The notes beneath the pieces were generated by a model. It made no database searches, was not told the origin of the DNA, and saw only the letters and a program-made list of their open reading frames with translations. From Welwitschia mirabilis (taxonomy: Eukaryota), in the NCBI GenBank assembly GCA_051453625.1, contig JBOZIK010000001.1, positions 15,173,023-15,206,062 of the forward strand: DNA of 33,040 nt. The letters run 5' to 3'. Shown one piece after another: positions 12,501 through 26,236 of this stretch. Every line of letters begins with the position of its first letter. The stretch's first letter is position 1. Made by a program: the position numbers and the translations under genes.

Positions 12501-15452
12501 CCCCTTTTTTAAAACTATTATTGAAGGGCTAACCCACTCACTATTAGATATAGCATATATGATCCTAGCATCCATAAATTTAATGATTTCTTATTTAACT
12601 ATTTGCTTAAGGGCTAGATTTAGCCTTATTTTAGGTTACCTAAAAAGCTCAGCATTATCTTCCATTTAAATCTTGTGTTAAAATATACAAAGAGGTATGG
12701 AAGATAAGTCTTTATGGGTCTAGGAAAAAGAATATTCTTTAAAAGTTAAGAGGAAGATTAAGATTGATTCTTATAAAGGAGTCAGACAATCACTTATTAT
12801 CAAGTGTTGTAGTTGATTATCAAATAAAAAAAAATATTTTAGGCCATAGGATAGTTTCTTTAGTTCTAAGTTGAGGTTTTTAGTTATCGTCCATCGTGGG
12901 AATGATATATGTTGGATGACACAATACAAAACATTTTTCTATGAAGTAAATATGTTGAATTTCTTTTTGATTAATGTATACTTCATATTCAAATACAAGA
13001 TAGTGTATTTTGGTTGGGTTATCATAAAAAGTTGGCTCATGTAGTGTATTAATTTCTCCTCAGTTGATTAATGTTATAAAAATATGATTGGTTTCAGTTC
13101 ATCTTCTAATTTAAACTAATTTCCTATGTATTTTTTAACAGCATCAAACACTCAAATGGTGAACTTTTTATTATCAAAATGACATTCCATCATCCTAATC
13201 TTTATGTAAAAAGTTGCACAAAAGGCTTTTCTTAAGGGAAGTGGATAATCCCCATCATGTTCTACTTAAATGATGATAACATATATGGGATAAAAGGCTT
13301 TCTCAATTTGAAGACTAGGGCCTTGATGATCACTAATGGTTTCTTAATTGAAGTGTCAACCAATTTTAAGATAATTCATGTAGGTTATATTCTATGTTTT
13401 AACTCATGTCTCTTACATATGTAAAAAGACATGATGTTTATGCTATCTCCTATATCAATTAAAGCCTTTTGAATTCTTTTGTTTTCTTCTAAGGTGACAC
13501 TTACAATTATAACTTTAGGATCTTTGAATTTAGAACATTTCTTTATGACTAAGTTGGAAATAGATTAAGCAAGAAAAAATTTGCTAGGAATGGTATGATT
13601 TTATTTTCTTCTCACTAAATATTTTCATAACTTAGAATATTTAGGGTTCTCTTACAAGAGTTTCAAAAAAAGGAAGTTGATTTTTACCTCTTGCATTAAT
13701 GTTTTCAAGTGTTTATCAAAGGTAGGATTTGTATTTAATTGATCAAGCTAAGGAGTAGATGATTTCTTCCCTTTATTTTTTTGTAAAGAATGTTTAGTAG
13801 ATATTTTAGTATGTGATGTTAAAGAAAAGTTATAGGAGTTCAAAATTTCTACATCATCATCTTCATTCAATTCATCATTTTGAGAATTTAAAACCTCATC
13901 GATAGGAGCTGTTATATCATTTTTACTTTTTGTTAATACATTTAAATCTTTCTTAACTTCATTTGGGTTTAGTAAATATTAAGACATAATAGACCCTTGT
14001 GGTTTTTAATTGAAAGCATTATTTGTTGGAGCACATTCACTAAGAATTTAACATTGCTATTCATTTTTTCTTACACTTTTATCATCTCTTCTATGGATTT
14101 TCTCAGTGGATCATTCTGATTTTGTTGGAAGTTGAAGTTATTTGGTTGGAAGTTTGAATTTCTAAATCTATTTTCAAAAGGTTTTCATGTTGATTTTCCA
14201 TCTAATATTTGTTTAAATTAAGATTGGCTTTTGAAGTTAGGTGTTCTTTGATTAAAATCACAAACTTCTTCAAACTTTCTTTCGTTACAAGTTGGAAACA
14301 AGAAAAATGTTTTAGTTGGATGAGAGTCATCTTTATAAATTTTGCAAGTTGATGTGATTTCTTAATCTTTTATCACATTGCATTAACTTCCAATTGTGTG
14401 TGTTTCTCTAAGATGGTAGCAAAGTATTTAAGTAGGTTGGTTGGATGACTCCTCTCTCTTCTTCCTTGTCATGTTTAACTTCTTTTAAATCCTTTATAAT
14501 TTGGCCTATGGTCTCATTTTCTTTAGTGGGTTTAGGTCAAGTTTAGCTTATTTCTACTAGTTTTTCTAATACATTCCATTTATCATCTAGGCTAAATTTA
14601 ACAACTTACCTCCATAAGAAAATTCTACAAGTTATTTAGTTTGACAATTCAATTTACTATAGAAATAATTAGCTAATTCTACTTTACAAAATTCATCAAT
14701 AGTATTTACATGGCTAGCTATAATAAAATTATAAGCCATGAAATAATCCTTGTGAGGTTGTTGTTGAAAGTTGATCACTTCTTTTCTTCTTTTTCTTATG
14801 AAAATTTTAATCAAAAATATTTTGATAAACACTTCTTACACTTAACTCTAGAACTTAAGACTCTTATGTGGAATGGTTTTAAGCCAAAACCCAGCCCTTA
14901 TCTCTATGTATGATTGAAAAAATAATCATGTAGGTATAGTTACTAATATAGTTTTTATCAATTTCCTAAGGTAAGCATAAGTTATTCAATATTGGATAAA
15001 TGTTGGAAAGGGTTCTTCTTAGGTTCTTCCAAAAAAGTTGAATACGCACTCAAATTTCACAACTCTACATCATCATCGATCAAAGGGATTTTGAATTTTA
15101 TGTTTTTTATTAGCAACTAAATCTCTAATATTATGTTTATATTCATAGTAGAAGTTCCTATTATAATTAGAATACTAGACAAAGTAACTTACTTTTGTTT
15201 TTTTAATGATTTTAACATATTCAATATATTTGAAGAAGAATTAGCATGATCTACTTCTATGCTATACTTTTCTTTGCAAAACCTGATTCTAAAATAATAA
15301 AAACATAAAAATAATCTTATTTAATTCTTGAAAGTTGCGTACTTCGTGTGTGTACCTAAAATTCGCTCATAGTCAAATAATCCTTGTCTAATGTTTTATT
15401 TAATTATGCTCTACTTTCTCTGATATTTCATCTTTTTACCAAAATTCAACAT
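9545..15452 (-). pseudogene. gag-pol: gag-pol of element A (gag ~13800-15452, protease ~13200-13520, RT ~12263-12680 plus gap, RNase H ~10980-11456, integrase ~9545-10830)
   Basis: gag EEPFQHLSNIE. Protease KALIDIGDSINIMSF. RT PFLDQVVDRIQG...FLNGYSGYKQICIASE. RH NWNNDFKLMCDVSNITIDGVLG (ORF track). INT CHGRICGKYFSDQKTIMKIL...RCDAC and FKWLGPYFIENVHLNG (ORF 9579-9857). Confidence 0.9.
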
Positions 15453-15867
15453 GTCCTTACATGTTTAAGCAATAGTAGAAAAACTAAAATTAAAAATAAT
15501 AGACTATTATCCACTAGGTTATGGGGATGATAGAAGGATGATAATTACAGAAATTGAAAAAGTAGACTATCATCCAAGCTATCATGGGGATAATAAAGAA
15601 GATGATAGTACCTTTATTACTGATCTATGAATATAAAAAGAAATTGCAAAATAGAAATTAAATTCAAAATTTCATAACTATCATTTCCAATATCATTAGA
15701 ATGATAGAGAGGACGATGGGAATTCTAAAAAGTACAGAAGATAAAAATTGCGAAAATAAATTTACTCTAAGCTATGCTAAAAATACAATACTAATTCAAA
15801 TAAATAAACTTAATAGAAAATTCAAGGTACTTATTTGGATAGTCATAATTTTCAACTCCTTGTGGCA

Positions 15868-15885
15868 TTACCTATCAAGGCACCA
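15868..15885 (-). promoter_or_regulatory. Primer-binding site (decayed tRNA-Asp type) of element A
   Basis: TGGTGCCTTGATAGGTAA, 3 nt after the 5' LTR. Resembles the Athila PBS TGGCGCCGTTGCCGGGGA. Confidence 0.7.
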
Positions 15886-15888
15886 AAA

Positions 15889-17147
15889 TGTTACAATATG
15901 AATTTATGCAATTTTAAGTTCCTTAGGCAAAACCTATAAATCAGAATACTTACAAAGTACACACTCTATTATAGATGAGAGTTAACCCGAATGTCATAAT
16001 CCTAATAAAGGCACTAGGCTTAGAGTTAGAGACTTAATTTCCAAAAGTATTTTTAATCTTCTATTTTTAAATAAATAAAAGTAAACAATAATGTAAAATA
16101 TAATTTAATATGAATAAAGATGGAATACAATGGATGAGAATGAAAATGAAATCGATTCTAATTAGATTATAATTCTTCTATCATAAAAAATAGTTCTCTT
16201 AATTTAAATTAATTAATAAGAGTTCATTACTTGTTCCAAATGAATGTGAACTATGAGATATGCCAAATAGAATATGGAATGCAAATGTAAAATTGAAATG
16301 AAATAACAATGCAAACCTAAACTAATGAAAGTTAATCTTAACAATGGTTGTCCTTATGATCTAAATAAATTATAAAATTATCACTAGAATATAACCAACT
16401 TACACCATAAAGGACATAAATAGAGTTATATTAAAAAGAGAATTTGAATTAAACATAAAAAGTTTACATCCACTTACAACAAAGTAAGAACTCCATAATG
16501 AAGAATTCTTAGCACAACACCAAGGGTAACTTCTCTCTATAGCTATCAGATGGGCCTTTTGTCCTTTAGTATTCTATCATAAGAGCATTAGGTATAAAAG
16601 ATAGAAATAAAAATGAAGAAAATGAAGGGTATTTATAGTTTTATAGTGAAATTCTAGAAGCTTAATCCTAGAAATTAGATAAAAAACCCTAGTAGCTCAA
16701 ATGGGTTACATGACTCCATTAAAAATATAATTTCTTTCCATCATAGAAAATAGTTGTTGTCCTAGCTATTATGGTGTTAATAAAGGGGATGTTAGTCTAC
16801 ATTAAAAGGTGATTCGTCAACTTTGATCCCCACTGCTAACCTTGCAAATTATATCCACATTAGCTGTGTTGTTGTCCTTTATATTTTGGGGATGATAGAG
16901 GGGACAATAGGCTTTCTCATCCTTAATCTCAAAGATAAATCATTTCTCTACATAGTACATTATTCTTACAAAGTATGAAGTATTAGAATAAGCCTTAGAA
17001 GCCTCCAAATATGCTAAGAATTACATGTTTCAATGATCATTTTGTCTTTTCTTCATAATCTTCAATATTGCTTATAAACATGCATAAAATTCCTATAAAA
17101 CTACTCAAAATACCTCATGAAATTCCTACAAATTGGCATTAAAAAAA
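15889..17147 (-). repeat. 5' LTR of element A
   Basis: Homologous to 6329-7518. The inner end reads ...GTAACA and the outer TG end has decayed to an A/T run. Followed by a PBS and flanked by the TSD. Confidence 0.9.
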
Positions 17148-17152
17148 AGTAG
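17148..17152. repeat. Right target-site duplication (AGTAG) of element A
   Basis: Matches 6324-6328. The flanks rejoin to the RT peptide DQIVDRI*GHAYY. Confidence 0.85.
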
Positions 17153-20100
17153 GCATGTCCTTAGATTCTATCAACTATTTGATCTAAAAAGGGTAAAGGG
17201 AAATAATCCTTCTTAGTAACCTTATTAAGTTTTTTAAAGTCAATGCACATTATATGCTTTCCATACTTCTTAGGTACTACTGTCAAGCGGCTAACCTAGT
17301 CATTATTAGATATGACATAGATAATATTTACATCTATAAGTTTAATAATTTCATCCTTAACTACTTACTTAACACTTGGATTAAGTCTTTATTGGGATTT
17401 CCTAACTAGTTTAGCATTATCTTCAAGGTATATTTTATGTCAAACTATGAAAGAGGGGATGGCAACTAGGTCCTTGTGGGCTCAAGTAGAGAAATTTTCC
17501 TTGGAAATTAAAAGTAAAACTAAGTTTGATTATTATTATGGGGTAAGATATTCATTTATTTTCAAGGGTTTATTAGGGATGTTGGAAAGAAAAATGTAAT
17601 TTAAATCTTTTAGTGATTCCTTTAATTCTAATTTGTAATCCTCATTTTCTATCATTGAACATACTTCATCAACTATTATCCATATGTGTTGTCTAGATGG
17701 TCCTAGTGAATAGCACCCTCCATCAAGTAGATTTTTAACTAATCTCATATGGTGGAATTCTTTCCAATTTAATAGTTTAACTTATTCATCCTTATGACTA
17801 AAACTATTAGTTCCTAAGTGATTACAGTTCATTTCATCAAATTTAAAAGAATTTAAACTATTTATTTTAGTTGAATCATCATACAAAGTTAAATCATGTA
17901 GTATCAACAATATCTCTTTAACCAGGTAATGTTGTAAAAATAAAGTTGATCTAACTTTTACTTTTAAGTTCCACTCATATCTCATATATGTTTTAGCAAA
18001 ATTAAAAACTTTAATAGTAAACTTCTTATTACTTATGCTACATTCCATTATTTTAACCAACATGTCTATGATGTAGTGGATGATTAATGAAAGGTTCTTT
18101 CTAAGAGTAGTGGGTAACATCTATTATGTTCTACTTCTAGAATAACTACATCTATCAATTAGAAGGCTTCTTCTATTTTAATAACTAAGTCTTTAATTAT
18201 CCCTAAGAACTACTTAATAAAAGTGTCAGCTAATCCTAAGATGATCTATATAGGTTTAATTCTATTTTTCAATCCATATCATTTGCATACATGAAGGGGC
18301 ATGATGTTTATACTTGCTTCTGTATCTATTAAGGAATTTTTAATCTTTTTGTGTCCTTATATAGTAATACTAATCATTACTCCCTTAGGATTTTTGAAAT
18401 TAGGATAATTTTGCATGACTAAGTTAGAGATAGATTATGTAAGGAAGGCCTTACTAAGGATGGTACATTTTGCTTTATTCTAACTATGTCTTTTCACAAC
18501 TTAGTATACTTAGGATTTTCTTGTAAGAGTTTCTAAAATGATAATTTGATCCTTACATCTTATGTTAAGGATTTTAAGTACTTATTATAGGTAGGATTTA
18601 TGTTGAATCTATTAAGCCAAGGGGTAGCTAGTTTTTCCCCTTTGTTTTCGAATGAATAATTTTATGTAAAATTCTTTTCTTATAAATTTAAAGGAAATTT
18701 ATGTGTTTCTAATATTTCTTCACCATCATCTTTCTCATATTTCTTATCATTATTAGAAGTTAAAGCTTTAGGGGTAGGTGGTATTATATTAGTTTCACTT
18801 CTAGTCACTACCTTTTAATCCTTCTTATTTTTATTTCGATTTGGTAAAGGTTGAGATGTAAGAGAACCTTATGGTTATTGTTTGACCAACATCATTTTTT
18901 AAAGTACACTAAATAAATCCTTAATATTCGTAAATTGGTTCTCAATAATCATGTTAGTTATTTATTGAATTTTCTTAAACTTCTTTATTGAGTTTCTAAG
19001 TTAATGACTTCAACTTTATTAAAAATTTGAGGTACTTGGTTAAATGTTAGAGTTATTTAGTTGAAAATTTGACTTCTTAAATCTATTTTCAAAAGGATTA
19101 AAATTTGACTACCTACTCATTCTTTATTGATATTGTGATTGATTCCTAAATTCTAAAGGCCTTTGGTTAAAGGCATATACTTTTTCATACATCCTCTCTT
19201 TATATCTTGGTAATAAGGGACATTTATTTGTAAAATGATAGTCTCTTTACATAAATTACATGTTAAAATTGCATTGCTTTCATTTTCTACTTTTGCATAA
19301 AATATCATTTAAGTATACTTCTTCAAAGTAGTAGTGAAATCTTTAATTAAATTAATTTAATCACTTTGCTCTTCCTCCTTATCATGTCTTACTTCCTTAA
19401 GATCTCTTATGATTTTTCTTATGGTTTGATTCTTCCTATAAGTTGGTTTTAGTAAAGTTTGACTTATCTCAACTTGTTTTTCCAATAACTTTAATGCTTC
19501 ATCTAGAGTAAATTTCATTATGTTATCACCACAAGCAAAGTCTATAAGTTTTTTTTTAACTATTCAATCCACTATAAAAAGATTTATCAACTCATCCTTA
19601 GTAAATTTTTCCATAGAATTGGAATGAATAGCTATGATAAATTGCTTATAAGTTATGAAATATTCTTCAAGGAATTGTTGTTGAAAGTTTGTAAGTTTCT
19701 ACCTTATTTTTCTCATGGTTATTTCACTCATAAATATCTTAATGAAAGCTTCTTATACTTTATTCTATGACTTAAGACTCTAGTGTGAAATGGTTCAAAG
19801 CAAAAGTTTAGCTTTTCCTTTAAGTGTGATGAGAAAAATAATTATGTGAGTTCTATTATTAATTTATTTCTTTCCATTCTCCATGGTAAGTCCAAGTTTT
19901 TCTATGTTTGTTAGATGTTGAAATGGGTCCTTATTAAGCTCTCCCAAAATAATGGGTAGGCACTCAAGTTCCTAAGTTTTACATTATTGCCAGCAAGTAA
20001 GTCAAAGGGTTTTTGAATTTTCTATTTTCTATCAACTATTAAATATCTGAGCATAATGTTTACATTAAAATTAAATGTTCCTAACATCATTGGTATACTA

Positions 20101-20390
20101 GGTAAAACTACTTGATTAAAATTTTGCATTGAATTTGACATAGATGAAGAAGAAATAAAATGATTAATTTCTATTCTATTATTCTCATAATCATGTTTTG
20201 AAAAATTTAATTTAAAATAACAAAAGCAGAAAAGTTTTCTTCTTCAATTCTTGAAAATCTTTAATTTTTTTATGTACCTAGGGTCTGCATACTTGCACTT
20301 TACATGTAGTTAAATAAATTTTCTCTAATTTTTTTCTTGATTAGGATCCATTCCCTTCAATATTTTATCTTCTTATTAGAGTTTACAATG
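17153..20390 (-). pseudogene. gag-pol: gag, protease and RT N-terminus of element B
   Basis: gag ECLPIILGELNKDPFQHLTNIEK and LITLKGKAKL. Protease NSLIDTEASINIMPL. RT CIDFKKLNKVTKKDYFPLPFLDQIVDRI. Colinear with 12390-15450. Confidence 0.88.
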
Positions 20391-20847
20391 TTACTACATA
20401 GTCAAAAATTATGTAAACCTATAGGTGAATCATCATCTTGATCATCCCCTGGATGATATTATTGAATTATCACTTATTTAGAGATAAATTACAATAATAG
20501 AGAAAATTAAATTATAGAAAACAAAAATAGAAATAATGAATTATGTTCCACTTGTATCATCTAGATGATATAGGGGATGATGTAAAATTTATTATAATAC
20601 TAAAAACTAGAAAACCTAATTATGGAATGGAAAAAACTAAAAACCCCAGTTTTAGAATGTCTTCTTCTTAGGTCATCTAGATGAAAGAGGAGATGATAGT
20701 GCTTATTAATGCTATAGAAAATAAAAATTATAGAAATAAACCTATAGAATCTAGAATAAAAATGCATTACTACTTCACATAAATAATCCAAATCAAAATC
20801 CAAGGTACTTATCTGATATAATGACAATCCTTTAGCTCCTTACAACC

Positions 20848-20865
20848 TTCCTGATAATAGTTCCA
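20848..20865 (-). promoter_or_regulatory. Primer-binding site (decayed tRNA-Asp type) of element B
   Basis: TGGAACTATTATCAGGAA, 5 nt after the LTR. Differs from TGGCGCCGTTGCCGGGGA almost only by transitions. Confidence 0.6.
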
Positions 20866-20870
20866 TGAGG

Positions 20871-22595
20871 TGTTATACTATAAATTTATGCAATCTGTAA
20901 GTCCTTAGCTAATTCCTATCAATCATAAATTATTGCACAAAAATAGATACTAATATAGTGGAAGTTAACCTAAATGTCATAATTTGTAACAGGAATTAGG
21001 TTAAAAGTTATAAAATTGATTTAGTTATATATTTTTCATCTTTTTTAATTAAGTAATAAGAGAAATGTCAAGATACAATGCAATATGAATGCTAATGCAA
21101 TGATAATGAATTATATATAAATGAAATAATTATAAGTACTAAATTATTCAATTATCAATATACTATTAGAAGACCAACCCTTATAACCTAAATCACTTGG
21201 AAAATAACTATTACTTAATCCTAACTAATGTAAGCTATAAGGCACATTAAAACAAAATATAATTAGATGCAACTACTATAGTTATGAAAATATGATATGA
21301 AATGAAATTCATGTTCTAAACTAATTATCTAAATCTATTATCATATAGGTTATCCTCATGATCTATATCAACTATAAAGACATCATAAAATTATAATAAA
21401 TATAAACCATAAGGAAAATACACTCAATAGAAATAAATTAATCTTTTATTAATCAATATTAAACATACACTTATAAACAATTAATACCTTAATGGAGAAT
21501 ACCTAACCCAACACTAAGGAAAACTCCTCTTTATAACTGGGATGAATCTCTTTTCTTTTGATCTCTCATTAGAAGATTTTAGGTATAATAGATGGTAAAA
21601 TAGAAGTGAGAAGATTCTAGAAATAAAACCCTAGCAACCTAAAGAAGTTCATGCCCCAATTACAAAGATAACATATTATCTTTTTTTATTANNNNNNNNN
21701 NNNNNNNNNNNNNNNNNNNNNNNNNNNNNNNNNNNNNNNNNNNNNNNNNNNNNNNNNNNNNNNNNNNNNNNNNNNNNNNNNNNNNNNNNNNNNNNNNNNN
21801 NNNNNNNNNNNNNNNNNNNNNNNNNNNNNNNNNNNNNNNNNNNNNNNNNNNNNNNNNNNNNNNNNNNNNNNNNNNNNNNNNNNNNNNNNNNNNNNNNNNN
21901 NNNNNNNNNNNNNNNNNNNNNNNNNNNNNNNNNNNNNNNNNNNNNNNNNNNNNNNNNNNNNNNNNNNNNNNNNNNNNNNNNNNNNNNNNNNNNNNNNNNN
22001 NNNNNNNNNNNNNNNNNNNNNNNNNNNNNNNNNNNNNNNNNNNNNNNNNNNNNNNNNNNNNNNNNNNNNNNNNNNNNNNNNNNNNNNNNNNNNNNNNNNN
22101 NNNNNNNNNNNNNNNNNNNNNNNNNNNNNNNNNNNNNNNNNNNNNNNNNNNNNNNNNNNNNNNNNNNNNNNNNNNNNNNNNNNNNNNNNNNNNNNNNNNN
22201 NNNNNNNNNNNNNNNNNNNNNNNNNNNNTATTATGTAAAATAAATACCATTTTTACTATCATCCAGATGACTATAGGGACAACATCATCTTATAAAAGAT
22301 GAATCTTTGGCTTTCAACTCTAGTTCATATCAACAACCAAGTGCATTAGCATTCAAATAATAACTCTGAAGCTATCTAGCTAAGGAAAAATAGACTCCTA
22401 GATATTGAACTAATCCTTAGAAATCTAAGTTTTAGAAACTACCCGAAATACCTTGAGATATGTAAAGAATTTCATGTTTTCATGATCATCCCATCAACTC
22501 TTCATAATAGTCACAACTCCATCTAAACCCATCTACATGTCTTACAAAAGTACTTAAAATACTCCATCCAATATATATAATTTAGCATCATAACA
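20871..22595 (-). repeat. 5' LTR of element B (contains a large N gap)
   Basis: TGTTATGATGCTAA...TATAACA on the minus strand. Homologous to the other LTRs but more diverged. Confidence 0.85.
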
Positions 22596-24533
22596 CTTAT
22601 CTAATGAATTATAGTCCTATTTAAAAGGCAATGGAATCATCTATGAGATCATAGTTGTTTACACTCCATAATAAAAAGGAGTTGTGGAAAGGAAGAGCCA
22701 CTCTCTAGTGGACTTGGCAAGACCATACTAATTCAACTAAGTTTGGATAAAATATTCTGAGTAGAGGTAATGAACACTGTAACTTTCCTCTAGAATGGTA
22801 TTAAACCCATTTTGTCACATTTACAAATTTTTAGATCTAATTATCTTATCAAAAATATAAAACCTGATTAAGACAAATTGGAATCTAGATCTAAGACATG
22901 CATGTTTCAAGTATATTCTAGGTAGAGTAAAGCATATAGATGTTATGATTCTAATTCAAGGAAAGATTTGAAATGTATAGACATTAAATTCATGCATTTA
23001 AAATCCTTGAATCCTATTTTCACTTATAATGATAATGCTAATGATTAGTATAGTTGAATCTAGTGAATTTAAAGATGATAATGAGGAATAAAGGGCACCT
23101 AAACAAACTCTTATTGATGGAATAATTTCTAGTGTAAATCAAATGTCCATTCTTGTACAAAATCAAGGTGAACATGAATCCAAAAATTTATCTAAATTGT
23201 TGGATAAAAATCTTGTTACTCATTCAATACATAAGAGGATAACCTCTTATCATGATCCATACAATATCATAAGTCCTAGTGAAGCTTCTAAAGAATAAGA
23301 AATTAGCAAAATCTTTATGCAATCTCAGAATCTAAGCTATGCAATGACATTCTAAAAGATTATTTAGCCTTAAATTATAAATCTATAAATTAAGAGATTA
23401 TTCACTTTAAAAAATCCATAAAATACCCACATTAGATCAAGGTAATGGAGGAAGAATTTCTTCAAATTAAAAATAACAAGATATGGTTTCTTGTTCCTAG
23501 GTCATAAAACAAAAGTTTCATTAGTATTAAGTGGATTTATAGAATAAAGCATAATTTTGATAATATAATTAACAAATATAAGGCTCATATTTTTATTCTT
23601 GGATATGTGTAAGAAGTAAGCATATACGAGGATGAGATCTATACTCCTATTGCTTGTTTAGAATCTATAAGAGCCTTTCTTGCCTATGCTTCCAAGAATC
23701 ATATGACTATTTAATAGATGGATGTTAAATCTACCTCATAAATGAAATTATTAAAAAATAGCTGTACATCTCATAATCCTAAGTGTTTGTGAAAGAAGAT
23801 ATGAAAAATCATGTTTCTTTTTTAAAAAAGGCATTTCATGATTTAAAACAAGCCTAAGAACTTGGTTCTCAATGTTAGATTTTTATTTATGAAATCATGG
23901 TTATATGAAATGTTAATTTAAAAATACCTTATATAAGAAATCCATTAAAAACTATTTAATTTTTGTATTAATCTATATTTATGATATAATTTTAATGGCA
24001 CAAATAAGAATTTAATTTTCAAGTTCAAGGTTGGCATGAAAAGAGAGTTTGAAATAACTGAACTTGGCCAACTCTTTTACTATCTTGAAATCCTAATTTA
24101 GCAAATTAATAGAGGCATATGCTTGAATTAAGATAAATATTATTTTACTATGTTAAAAATGTTTAATATATAAGAATGTAAACCTATCTCCATTCCCTTA
24201 TCAACAAATCATAAAATCAAAAGAGACATAAAGGAAGATGATATTGATAAGCACACCTATAGATCTATGATAGGAAGATTGATGCATCTAAATGTGACTT
24301 GTATTAATATTCAATATGTAGTTATATTGATGNNNNNNNNNNNNNNNNNNNNNNNNNNNNNNNNNNNNNNNNNNNNNNNNNNNNNNNNNNNNNNNNNNNN
24401 NNNNNNNNNNNNNNNNNNNNNNNNNNNNNNNNATATCTATGATAGGAAGCTTGATGCATCTAAATGTAACTTGTATTAATATTCAATATGTAGTTATATT
24501 GATGTTTAGATTTATGACTTATCTAAGAAATCC
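22596..24533 (+). pseudogene. pol: Ty1/copia pol remnant: integrase core/C-terminus followed by reverse transcriptase
   Basis: INT YTP**KGVVERKSHSLVDLARTIL (like YTPQQNGVVERKNRTL) and DKLESRS...YSR*SKAYRCYD. RT IKVMEEEFLQIKNNKIWFLVPR, KWIYRIK, PIACLESIR, MDVKS, LKKAFHDLKQA, IYIYDII, YRSMIGRLMHL. INT precedes RT, which is the copia order. Confidence 0.92.
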
Positions 24534-25786
24534 TATTGTTGTGTGAACTTATGTAATTTTTAAGTCCTTAGGTAAAACTTGTAAATCATATTACTTGCAA
24601 AAAACACATACTAGCATAAATGGGAGTTAACCTAAATGTTATAATCTGTTGAAGGCACTACGTTAGAAGTTAGAGAATTGATTTCATAAAGTATTTTTAG
24701 TCTTTTTTATTTTAGTAAATGAAAGTAAACAACAAGGTAAATACAATGTAAGATGAATGTTGATAAAATTAAATGGATGAAATCCAAGTGAGATGAGTTT
24801 TATTTGGATTCCAATCCCTATATTACAAGAATTAGATCTTTATAATTCAGATAAATTAAGAATATTTTATCACTTGTTTCTAACCAATATGAACTATAAG
24901 ATATGTCAAACAAAATATGGATAACACAAATGTGAAATGGAATAAAGGAAATACAATGCAAGATTTAAACTAACAAGTTAATCTTAATAAAGGTTTCTCT
25001 TATGATCTAAGTAAACTATAGAACTATCATCAAAATATAATCAACTTAAACCATAAGGAAAATTTACAAAATAGTAGTAAAAATACTAATTAAATTAATC
25101 ATAAACTTTTACATCCACTTATAACAAAGTAGTCACACCTCAATGGAGGATACTCAGCCTAACAAAAAGGTAAACTTTTCTCTGTAGCTACTGGATGGAT
25201 CTATTGTCCTTCAATCTTCCATTATAAAAATATCTAATAAAAAAGATGAAAATGGAAGTAAATAAAAGGGAGGATATTCATAGTTTTACATTTAAGTTTT
25301 AGAAGCTTGATCCTAATAGTCAGAGAAGAAATCCTACTAACCAATATTGGTCACATGACCTCATTATAACAATAAGTCTTTTTGTCTATACAAAAATAGG
25401 TGTTGTTATGACTAACATGAGGACAATAATGGGGATGTCACTCCATATCAAAATTTAGCCAATGAACTTTAGGCTCCATAGTCAACTCCACAGACTCCAT
25501 CCATGTCAGTAGTGCCCTACTTACCACTGAAATGATAGAGGAGATAACATACCTCTCCATCTTCTAACTCAAAGAGAAATCAATCTTATGCATGGCAAAT
25601 CCTACCTTTAAAGTATGAGGTATTAAAATAATCCTAAGATAACTTTAAATATTCTAAGAATTCCATGTTTCAGTGATCATCTTATCAGTTATTCATAATA
25701 ATCAGAATTGCATCCAAACCTATATAAATATCCTATAAAAATACTCAAAGTACATCATCAATATCCTATAAATTGACATCATAACA
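24534..25786 (-). repeat. 3' LTR of element C
   Basis: Minus strand TGTTATGATGTCAA...CACAACAATA (terminal CA probably mutated to TA). Full-length homology to the other LTRs. Confidence 0.88.
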
Positions 25787-25789
25787 TAG

Positions 25790-25805
25790 CCTTCTACTTA
25801 TCCTT
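25790..25805 (-). promoter_or_regulatory. Polypurine tract of element C
   Basis: Minus-strand AAGGATAAGTAGAAGG just before the LTR. Confidence 0.75.
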
Positions 25806-26236
25806 ATTAGTTCTTGATAAAATGAGTGATCAAATATATTACAAGACAATTTAACTAAAATGTTCGACAACTCGAAAAATATAATTTAGTTTAATTTTTA
25901 CCATGTAGGAATAGACATCAAAATCCAATTAACTGATACAAATACTGACATATTCATAAGCCCTATACTTAAACACATCGTAATAGAATTAATGAATGTG
26001 ATACACATAGAAAAAGTTATAAAATATAATAATGATAGCTCAAAAATGATAATGTACATGCATAATATAAGATAGTAATATTAAAACTAATGTGTAGAAC
26101 TTAATTAGTAATAACTCAAAGAATGATGCATCCAAGTTTATTAATGCATTCTATAATGGGCAAAGTATAAGATTAATCATAACATTTTCTTCTTTTAAAT
26201 GTTCTAAAACATATTCACAATAAAATTCTATGAGTG

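Larger units (their letters stand above)
6329..17147 (-). mobile_element. Full-length (decayed) Athila-like Ty3/gypsy LTR retrotransposon A, about 10.8 kb including gaps
   Basis: Two LTRs in direct orientation, a PBS after the 5' LTR, a PPT before the 3' LTR, gag-PR-RT-RH-INT order, and a 5-bp TSD AGTAG. Confidence 0.93.
2967..22595 (-). mobile_element. Athila-like Ty3/gypsy element B (host of nested element A; 3' LTR not present)
   Basis: 5' LTR 20871-22595, PBS, gag-PR-RT at 17153-20390, RT-RH-INT at 4045-6328, 3' non-coding region 2967-4040. The RT sequence rejoins when element A is removed. Confidence 0.85.
24534..26236 (-). mobile_element. 3' end of Athila-like element C (3' LTR, PPT and 450 bp of 3' region), interrupted by element D
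   Basis: LTR homology followed by a PPT and sequence homologous to 7519-7850 and the reverse complement of 32578-33026. Confidence 0.85.
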
